DNA of 64,000 nucleotides from Sminthopsis crassicaudata (lineage: Eukaryota): contig NC_133622.1 in assembly GCF_048593235.1 (NCBI RefSeq), forward strand, positions 213,497,198 to 213,561,197, in the 5' to 3' direction. A program made the translations under genes and the position numbers. Each line of letters begins with the position of its first letter. The first letter of the stretch is position 1. Shown here piece after piece: positions 40,157 to 49,828 of the stretch. The notes under the pieces are model-generated. The model saw only the letters and a list, made by a program, of their open reading frames with translations, was not told the DNA's origin and made no database searches.

Positions 40157-40207
40157 CTCTCTTTGTCTTTTTTCTGCAGCTTCTGCAAGTTTTAATCTTT
40201 TTTCTTC
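40157..40207 (-). CDS. SVIP: SVIP exon 2 (EEKRLKLAEAAEKRQRE), containing the VCP-interacting motif
   Basis: atttttcacag| acceptor, |gtaaga donor, 51 nt. The VIM consensus R-x5-AA-x2-R is intact (RLKLAEAAEKR). Confidence 0.96.
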
Positions 40208-42599
40208 CTGTGAAAAATTGATAATATTTTTTTTAAATAACCATGAAAATCTCTAAGAAAACAGAACAGCAAGTTTGCATTGCTAACTCAGGAAGCAGTG
40301 TGCTGCAATAGGAAGGAGACCTGCAAACCAAATCCTTCAACTAGACAGTTTGCTCTGAAAACTTCCTAGCTTACTGTAAGCCTTTGGGCCACTTAGAAGC
40401 CACACATGTAAAGGAAAAAGAGCCATTCTAAGGCAACCAGAGGTCAGAGAACTGGGATTTCACCATGGGTATGGGCTATTGGCCTCCTCCACTCGTTCCC
40501 ACACCCTAGGGCTGGGGATACACACTGTACTCATCCCTGGCTCAAAAGAGCCTTGATTTCCTTCTAATATAAGCTCCAGTACTACCTTCTATAGTCAGGT
40601 CTCCTTGACAGCCACCAACTACTACTGCCCTTACTCTGGTATGCTTAGATAACCAATGTGAGAACAGTGAGGAGGGCAATCTGGAGGATCAGAGAGTATA
40701 GGAGGGAAATTATGGACAAGGCTGAAAAGGAAATTTGATGTAGGTTAAAAAGAGCATCAATAAAGTACATATTTTATTCTAGATTTAAAAGGCAGATGCT
40801 GCAAGGGGGGAGGGGAACTGATCTGCTGTGTAAAGATGGATTAGATCGGATGAAGAGCACCCCCCCATGCAAGTGGGACAATATAACAGCATAAAGGGGC
40901 ATGGAAGGTTGTATATGATGAACAGCAAGGCCAGTTTGCTTGGAATTTTGAATGATGATGAATAACATGCATGCAGCTGGCTACAGACCAATTCTTGATT
41001 TTAAAAGGCAAGCTGGAGAATTCTCATTTTTTCCTAAAGTTAACAGGAAGTTACCAAAATGTCTTGAGAAAGTCTACAGCCTTGTCAGACTTCTACTTCT
41101 GGCTGTTAGTGGAAAATGGGATTATAGTGAAGACAGAAAGTTCAAAAGTCAATAAGGAGGTTAAAGTCAAGAGGTGACCCTTCTATCAACCTCAAGTGGA
41201 ATGTCAACTGTGTGAGTGGGCAGAAGAGATCAGAATTAATTGAGAAGTGGTGGCTAATTCAAAAAAGTTTTTTTTTTTTCCTTATTACTATCTTAAGAAT
41301 GAGAAAGGTTCTGATTTTTTTTTTTAAGGAAAGAGCTTACTATGAAAATACCATTAAAATATAGTAGGGAGTGTGGTGGGGGAGGAAGGGAGAGAAAGGA
41401 GAGGGGGAGGAGGAAGGAGAGAAATAAAGGGGAAAGAAAGTGAAGGATGGATGAATCAAGGGCTCAACCAGAACCAAAGAGTAAAAAAGTTCCTCCTTGC
41501 ATCCCAGAGCCTAACACAGTATCTGTAATTCAGTAAGCACTTAATAGCTTACTAAATTATAATAGAAGGGTTGGCCTCGGTAAGAATTGTTACTTTTCGT
41601 TTGAGATTAAAGCAAAGAAGGAAACAATGTTTATTTCTTCTCTTTGAAGGCTTGGAGGCAGCTTCCCAAGTAGAGTAATTAACAAGTACTGCTTTATGAA
41701 AGGTTTGTTACTAAAGACTCAAAAAAGTACATAAAATAATTTGTAATCCTGGCGTTAATAACTTTGGGCCATATAAATGGTTACTTCTCAGAAAACTGCT
41801 TTATGGCCCCCAATGTCTTTATATTTTCCCTTTTCAACTATGGAGTGCCATGGTTAAGTTATAAGTGGATAAATCATATGCAAGCCTCTCTAAATTGAAG
41901 GTGAAAAGACAAGACATATTCTGTATACAAGTGGAATGTTACTGAAATGCTAAGGATATTAGCATGTGCCAAAGCTCAAGATACAACGAAAGTTCCTCGA
42001 TTCCCAAGCTCCTGTTGCTGCCCGAGCGCTTCTCAAGAGACTTCTGCCCAGAGAGAAAGAGTCCCCCGAGTATTCTAGGGGTCCTCTTTGAACATAATGC
42101 TGTAAACATACTGCTGTTGAAAAAAAGAACCTTCCAGAGAGATGAATAAATTGAATAAGCATTTGCAATACCATAAAAACAAAGTAGAGACATTTTAATA
42201 TGAAATTTTACTGTAAACAAACACAAATGAATAACCAGAAATCACAGCAGAATGATTAGTAACCTTAGGAGCACTCCCAAGTAGTTTTCTAATTAAGTGA
42301 ATACTTTCAAGAGTCCAGGAAAAATGAAACTGGAAAGAACACTGAATGAAAAGAAAAATCCTCTCTATCCAAATGAAACTATGTCAGTGACCAAGAGAAC
42401 ACTTGGTGAAAAGCAGTCAGGTATAAAGAAGAGTGAACTTGATTTTAGAGTCACATGACCTGGAATTTCAATTCTTGGCAATTTGGGCAAGGCCCAAATT
42501 CTCTAGGTTTTGTTTTTCCAATCATAAAAAGAAAAAACTTAAACTGATTTCTCAGGCTAATTCCAATATAGAATCTATAATATAAATTTAAATTCCAGA

Positions 42600-42720
42600 G
42601 AGGGAAAAAGAAGAAGAGAGGGGAAGGGTGAGAGAGGAAGAGAGGGAAGGAGAGAGGGGGGGGAAAGGGGGTAGAAAAGGGGAAGGAGAGAAAATATGAG
42701 GAGGGGGGAAGTGTAGTGGG
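42600..42720 (+). repeat. Polypurine (GA-rich) tract
   Basis: About 120 nt that are almost entirely G/A. Confidence 0.85.
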
Positions 42721-44199
42721 AAACAAGTAAAATCTCTGGCTCTCATTATTACCAGGAGAGAGTAGAAGTTCACTGAATTGCAGAATTTTGGGGTTGGAAA
42801 GGACTTTAAGCTCTCTGTTCCAGCACCAAACAATGGAAAGAAACCTTGATTCTGGAATCTGACAATCTGGGCTCACTACCACTTGGTAACTAGGGAACTC
42901 TGCTTAGGTCAAGTCAATTTCCTTATGTGTAAAATAAATTCATTGACTTTAATAAGCCTCTATGGTCCTTTCCAGTTCTAGACTTTATTTAAAAACAACA
43001 AATCACAAATAGCCTTTTATAATATAATCAAAAGGTTTCTCCCCCACCCAAAGTAGGAGAAGCCAGTCCCTGGAGAGGGAGTTCATTAAACTTTGTGAGA
43101 GTTTGAATTGCCAGAAAAGTGGCCTTTTCCCCTCTTTCTTCTAGCAAGTTTAAATTTTAATGGTTGATGTTTCAATTCCCACCTTTATGAAGCATCCTAG
43201 CAAAGCAGTCTCAATATCTTTAATCAATTTAATCAATATCAATAACTTAAAGGTGGTCAAGAAGATGCACAGGAGTTAAATGATTTTCAAGTCACATGGA
43301 CAAATTTGCCACTTTTAAGCATAATTATTTAACTTGTTCCTCATAACTAAGAAAGGCAAATACAGTAAATATTATTCATTTTGGAGAAGAGGAACCTGAG
43401 GTTTACTTCCAGAGGTAAAAGCCTTGCCTAGATCACACAACAGTAAGCCATAGAGGCAGTGTTAATAACAGTTGTGTAAATCCTTGGCTCTCCCTCTTCC
43501 AGAGGCCATAAAGGGCAGTTCCTCCAAGTTAGTTGAATCTGTAAGGAAATCCCCCATACACTGACTAGATGACTCTGAGCAGTCCACCTTTCCATGTTTG
43601 AGGTACTTTTCCAAGATTATCAGTTGTGGAAAAGGTGCAGATTTGCTTTTTTTTTTTCCCTTTCTTCAGAGTATCCCGTCTTGGAAGTTTCATAAATTAG
43701 GGGAAATTACAGGTCCTATTCCTATCCTTATCTTTAAGAGACACAACACAGGGCAAGGAATGGAGAGTAGGTCTCTGAAGAAGTAAAACCTCAGCTGCAT
43801 GGTGTGGTAGAGAGAAAGCCGTCCTCAAGCTAGATAGAAATGGATGGGTTCCATTCCTTCTCTCACGTGTGTTGTGTTGGCTATTTGTCTCCAGATTAAG
43901 CCTCGGACTGCTTCCACACTAGCCCAGTGTTTCTTAAAAACCTTTTCCCATTTGTAACCACTTTTCACCTGAAAAATTTTATTGTGGTACTGCTCATATA
44001 GATATATAAAATGGTTATAAAAATCAAATATCTGCTGATTAAAAAAAAATCACAATTTCACAATCTCCACATTCAGGTAGGAGTGTCCATACTGGGCCCT
44101 GAAACGCAGTTTAAGTAGCTGGGCTCTAGATGACTCAAGCTTTTAATCTGTGTGGGAGAGGGAATTTTCTCACCAGGTGACTCCAGGAAGGCCACGGAA

Positions 44200-44540
44200 C
44201 CTACCCCATTTATCAGAGTAATAAGAATAATAATAGCTAATATTTATATAGCACTTAGCAAGCGCCAGGCTGTTAACTTTGCCGTTCCATACTAGAAAGT
44301 CAGTGAACTGCCATTGTTCTAGATACCAGAGTAATAATCGCTAACATTCGTACAGCACTTAGTACGCGCCACACGTCGCGCTGGGTGCTGCTTTGCCATT
44401 GTGATCTCACTGGATCATCAGTAGCGCCTGAGAAAGCAGGTTTAAAGACTGTACCCATTTCACAGATGAGGAATTGGGACAAACCGGCTGGGTCCCATCC
44501 CCCGCCCCTCCGAGCAGGTGCAGGTGGGCTAGGTCCTGGC
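44200..44540 (-). mobile_element. MIR/Mar core SINE(s) at the CpG-island shore
   Basis: aataatagctaatatttatatagcacttag...cccatttcacagatgagga...cacctgggaatt. Confidence 0.6.
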
Positions 44541-44569
44541 CACGCCTTCACCTGGGAATTCTCTAACCA

Positions 44570-45420
44570 ATGAAACTTCGGGGGCCGTCCCTCAGCTGCC
44601 CCCAGCTACGGGCCCGGCTGACTGCCCCCACCCGGCCGGGCGCGCACAGAGCCGCGGGCGGGGGAGGGGCGCCTCACACAAGCCCCATTGTTCAGGCCCC
44701 TACGCGTGCGGCCCCCGCCCCGGCCCCGCCCTGCACGTGGAAGGCTCCAGCAGCCCTAGCTTTCCGCCGCCCCCACCTCAAGCCCGGGCGGTTGGGACCC
44801 CAATCGGCCCCGGAGGGAACCCGAGGGAGGAAGGGAGGGCCAAGCGGGGCCCCGAGAAGTCGGCAGGCCGTGGCGAAGAACGCAGCCGGCCGCCGCGAGG
44901 GCCACCTGTCGCTCCTGGGCGAAGTGGGGGAGCCCGAACAGGGCGGGGCGAGGGTCTGCAGGGGAGGGGCGAGGCCCCACTTACCACGTCTGGCGGGTCC
45001 TGGGGCCCATCTCCCAGGCAGGGCAGGCACAGCCCCATGTCCACTCCGTGTGGCACCAGCCCCAGCCGCCCTCCGCTAAGAAAGCTGGGGGGTGGGGTGG
45101 CCCCGCCCAAGCCGGCGTGCTCCAGCCCCGCCCCCCACGCCTGCCCCGCCCCGCCCCTCCCTGTGGGGTTCAGCTGGGCCGCGTTCTCACCTGCCCGGAG
45201 GGAAGGTGCTGAGACTGGCCCTACCCGGGCTAAGAGTAACCTCGTGGAGCTGGAGGGGATAGTGGAGCCAGCCAATTACCGTCCCCCCCACACTTCCCAG
45301 ATAAAGAACTGGGCACAGGGAGGTGAAGTCAGCCGGAAGTGTCCCAGGAGAGGCAGCGCCCGTTAGAAAAAAGTAGAATCCGAAGGACCCAAGGGAGCTT
45401 TAGGGCGAGGCCATCGAACC
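44570..45420. promoter_or_regulatory. SVIP: CpG island / SVIP promoter with GC boxes and an ETS (GABPA-type) motif CCGGAAGT at 45333-45340
   Basis: Abrupt rise in GC and CpG density in an otherwise CpG-poor window; multiple CCGCCC boxes at about 45100-45155; surrounds SVIP exon 1. Confidence 0.9.
44985..45038 (-). CDS. SVIP: SVIP (small VCP/p97-interacting protein) exon 1 coding part (MGLCLPCLGDGPQDPPDV)
   Basis: ATG at 45038, donor GTG|gtaagt. The MGLCxPC N-terminus (Gly2 myristoylation, Cys4/Cys7) matches SVIP. The four exons total 54+51+111+15 = 231 nt (76 aa plus stop). The GAS2-SVIP tail-to-tail order matches human synteny. Confidence 0.96.
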
Positions 45421-45741
45421 CCTTTGTTTTACAGATGGGGATACTGAGGCACGTGATTTGGTCACGTGGTCAGTTCTGGCTGCTGTGGGTCATTCGTTCT
45501 GGAAGAGCTCCGTGACCTCGGGGAGGGGATGCCAGGACGTGCAAGTGAGTCAGATTGAAGGGAAGAAGGGCTGTGTGAGCTCCTCTGCCCTCCAGAGACT
45601 CCGGGCCCGCTGCCCACGGCCGCTGATAGAATGGGAGGCCCCCTCTGCACGCTCACGGCCTAGTTTGGAACAACCATCCGTTCTCACCCCAATACGTGAT
45701 GGATGAAAGATATTTACTCTCTGCTGAATTATGTTTAAAAA

Positions 45742-45783
45742 TACACACACACACACACATACACACACACACACACACACACA
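45742..45783. repeat. (CA)n microsatellite about 0.7 kb upstream of the SVIP ATG
   Basis: Direct reading; one CA>TA interruption. Confidence 0.95.
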
Positions 45784-48119
45784 TATATATCTTACACTAG
45801 GATTTAAACTCGGGCTTTCCTCAAACCTAGTTCAGAATTCTATCCACAATGCCTTGTGGTTGCGTTTGGAAGGGCTGATCCTAAAACTCCTCAGTTCATG
45901 TACCTTCAACCATTTCTCTTACAAGGGCCAGGTTTAACTGATCTCTTTTTATTCTTTTCTGAAGGAATTTATCCGAATGTGTTCTTTACCCTGATCAGAC
46001 TCTAGTTAGCCTTGTCGTCTTATTCTGTATTAGCAAATTTACGTTCTTTGGGGGGAGGGGGGGATATTGGGAGAAGCTTGGAGTCTTCTTTTTATCCCCA
46101 TCCAGGATTAGACCCGTACATAACTAACCCTAAATGCGCTGCTTAATGTAGAAATAAAATTGAGTTGCCTTTTTTCCCCTTTGTTAAGAGAAAACTATTT
46201 CTCTGATCCTACTGAGAAGAATGCAAAAGTTGTTTTGTTTTTGTTTTTTTTCCTGATTGATGCACTAAAAAATATTAGAAGATAAGCTATTATGTAACAA
46301 AAGCACATTCATGGAAACATAGTTTTAAGGCTCCTGGAGAAATTTTAAACGGCATATAAATACTATTGCTATTTTGTCCTACTTTTTTTTTTATTGTTTC
46401 CAGCACAAAAATCCTACTCCGCCACCGCATGCCGGTGGTGATAAGCTAGACCAGGTTGCACCCAACTAGAAAGACTTCAAGAACTGGCCTGGTTACAGAT
46501 CACCGCTGGGAGATAACGGGATACTGGAACCACTTTCACCCACAGGTAAACGGGAACGGAGAGACCCTCAATTCACTCAGGAATCAAACTCACTTTACTC
46601 AGTTTTGCTCCATGATTTCTGGGGAGACTTTTCTATACTTGCGGAGAATTTTTACTCAGGCTCATACCATTTCCTGCTTGCACTAGTTGCTTCCTTCTGA
46701 ATGAGCTGTTTTCAGTACTGAGCGCCATGATTTGGTTCTGCATAAATAAAATGTTGTTATTCTGTGCCATTTTCAGTATTTTGTCCACACTAGGGAATCT
46801 TTCTTAAATTAAAACACACTGTAATTCAAATAAGGGTTGAGCTGTCCTGACCAGGATAAGCCAGTTACCCTAAAGGCAGTGCAAATGTAGCTTACATACC
46901 TCTTGTTCTACTTAAAATAGGCAGATCCCTTGAAATTAATCTTTCTAGTGCTATCTTAGCCTATTCTTCTTACCCCCGTGTTTATTTTTATTAGTTGTTT
47001 ATCACAGTTGTAATTATAGTTGGGCCTAAAGTGATTTGATACAGGAATGGGCATATTTGGATTTGAAATCTTGTTGAAATAAACTTGTGGCTTCCTGACT
47101 TGACTACTATGCAAAGGAGAATAATTCATTTGGCTCCTGTCTTTGTTATGTTTGTTTAAAAGTCAACCTAGATGTTATATGGGATTTCATTTTTTTCCTT
47201 CAGCCTCCAGGTATGAATCGAATTTTCATCCAACCCAAGAAAGAGTCAATATAGTTAAAATTACTGAAAACCAATTTGCAGACCTTTCTTTTGCCCTTGG
47301 CTATAAGCTAGTCTCCCAGGAAATGAGAAACATAAACACATTAAAAAGAATCTTACTTAATATCATTATAACTTACAACTTACCAGAAGAAGAAAGTAAT
47401 TTTGTATTTGCAATATAACTACAATTAAAAAAACCAAACGCCACAACACCCCATAGTTAAGAAAAGTGGCAGCAAAATACCTAAAATGCTATCTTATGTC
47501 TGGTTTATTGATTTCTGACATTTACTCATGTTTAACTAGAGACATAATAATCAGTTGCTTTAGAAATGAGGGTTTTTGTTTCTTTTTTCCAAGGATCTAC
47601 TTTCATAGTGATGTGCTCCCATATTATGAACTTTTAGGATGTTTTAAAAGAACGTTTTTACAGTTTCAGCACATATGTCTCTTGACCAAAATATTAAAAG
47701 GCAATAAGCTCCAGCATATTTATTTTTCAAGACACTACTAAGAATGGATTTTGTTGTCTATTTTTATAAATAAAATTTATCAAAGAGTCCCTTTTCCTGG
47801 ATTTTTGTGACAATTATCACTTGGTGGTTCTTTTAGTCTCTTTTCTCCTGGCCATCATAGATGCTATACCCATAACTATTGGTGTTCTCCAAGGCTTTGT
47901 ACTGTCCTTTTCTTTTTGATTCTGTGTTTCTCTCTTTTTTTCTCTCTTTGCTTCTTTTTCTCCTCTATGCTCTCCCTCCACTTTTATGCCCCCCTGTTCC
48001 ATTTGATCTTGCAGACAATTCAAATATACCCCTAATTTAACTCATCTTCCACTAAAAATAATTTCCCTCTTTGTAACTTCCCTATTTATGCTGAAAAAAT
48101 AGAGGTGAGGGATAGATAG

Positions 48120-48480
48120 AATGAGCAAGCAAACATTTATTAAGCATATATATGCCAGGCACTGTGCTAAGTATTGGGGATACAAATACAAGTCAGAAGA
48201 CAGTCTCTGCCCTCAAGGGGTTTATATTCCAATAGAAAAAGACAATATATAAAGAAGATCTATAAGGGAGTGGGGAGAAGGGCAATACCCAGGCTGTGTG
48301 GTTTGGAGATGGCCAGGACATGATGTGGAAGCTTGGTTCTGGCTAAGATAAGAAAAATGCTAACTGATGATCAGAGCCTGGCACCCAGGAGGCAGAGTTC
48401 AAGGTTCCTGTGGGATGGAGATAAAGATGATGGCTAGTCAAAGTAAAGTGACATGTTTTAGGAATGTCTGGGAAGTGATA
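48120..48480 (-). mobile_element. L2 3' end fragment
   Basis: aacatttattaagca...tgccaggcactgtgctaag...ggggatacaaa, the antisense L2 terminus. Confidence 0.6.
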
Positions 48481-48568
48481 AGGGACAGAGTGGGCAATAA
48501 AAAAAAAAATAGTCCAAGTGTATGACACTTGGACTATTTTTTTTTTTATTGCCCACTCTGTCCCTTAT
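48478..48568. repeat. Perfect inverted repeat: 43-bp arms plus a closing T-A pair, 3-nt loop
   Basis: ATAAGGGACAGAGTGGGCAAT(A)11TAGTCCAAGTG-TATGA-CACTTGGACTA(T)11ATTGCCCACTCTGTCCCTTAT, checked base by base. Confidence 0.97.
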
Positions 48569-48719
48569 ATACTTCATTGTCAAGTTCTCAAAGGAATTTA
48601 GAACTGAGTCTTCAGTTTACCTTTCCTTAATCTCCTCCAAGGTCACATAAGTATTAAGGAGCTAAAATTTCAATTCACATCCCCTGCTTCTCACTGCTGT
48701 TTTCTTGTTACTACATCCC

Positions 48720-49797
48720 TCTGGCTCTGCCAAGTCACCTCGGGTCTTTCATTGCTCACATATACAGACTTGGGACTCTTTCAAGAGATACTGCTTTTTC
48801 ACTGAAGAAACAGGCAGGACTACCTAACTCTATTTCAACTTAAATGGGCAAATCCTGATAGAATTATGTCTTATAAAGACATAGGAGGCAGAATGCCAAT
48901 AATTTAGGAAAAGATCCATTCCCATGATCTTTCAAGCATCCCAACTGCAGGATATAACCATATAATACTGTTTGATGTTTGATTCAGTGTTATTCTGGCT
49001 CTGTGAAAACAGACATGGAGCCAGAATGGATTGTCAACCAGCCTCAGCCTGTCAGAGACCTGTGGGTATTTATTAGCTAATATCAATAATGCCTCATTGG
49101 CTGTAATTGTGTCAAATAAGACAAAGCCTTCATATACAGGTGATCTGGCAAACCTCTGGGAAAGCAGATAAAGGAGATGTCTTTCACATCTTTTATGCCA
49201 AGCAAGTTGCCAATCACTTAACAAGCAGGGGTTGTTAGTAAAGCACAGTAAGATGAAGAATGGAAGGAACATCATTAGAATAGATTAGTGTGATCAACTG
49301 GTAGCATCTGAACCTTCTTTAAAGATGGAAAGAGATTATTTGGTTGTACTCTATTACATTTATAGATGTGTAGCCACAATACTTTTTATTGGTGTTTTGT
49401 CAATTTAATCCAGGAAGTCTGTACAAGATCAGCAAACTGACCTCTTATTCTTGGCCAATTTGTTTTTTCAACCTGTCTGTGTTTTTATAACACATTCCAG
49501 TATTCTCTATAACCTGAACTTCCCAATTAGAGGTTGTGGCTGCTATGGTTATCTCCCTTTGACTCAAGAGGTCATGATCTCAAACACATTTCAATATACC
49601 ATAATCCTTTATTAGACCTTGAGACCTTGGTTTGGTGGAATGGCATTATTGGGTGCTAATTCTCATGGCCTTTCTTTCCATCCTGTGATCAATCATTACT
49701 GCTCTATGCAGCAGAAAGGGAGGATTACCCAAATAGTTTCCCCCCCCAAAGAGATCCACGTGCAAATGGTGTTTTACATTATTCTGTCCAACACTGA

Positions 49798-49828
<31 letters not shown>

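Noticed and set aside
44300-45937. Cluster of long overlapping ORFs (up to 209 aa) on both strands
   Set aside because: These are Pro/Gly/Ala/Arg-rich products of the stop-poor CpG island. Only the 18-codon SVIP exon 1, embedded in ORF 44778-45275, is supported by homology and splice sites.
48904-49275. 123-aa open integrase-like ORF as a domesticated SIRH/RTL-type gene
   Set aside because: The first catalytic Asp is not recognisable, the D-to-E spacing is 39 rather than 35, a MIR insertion lies just upstream, and neighbouring domains have stops. It is better read as a chance open stretch in a fossil.
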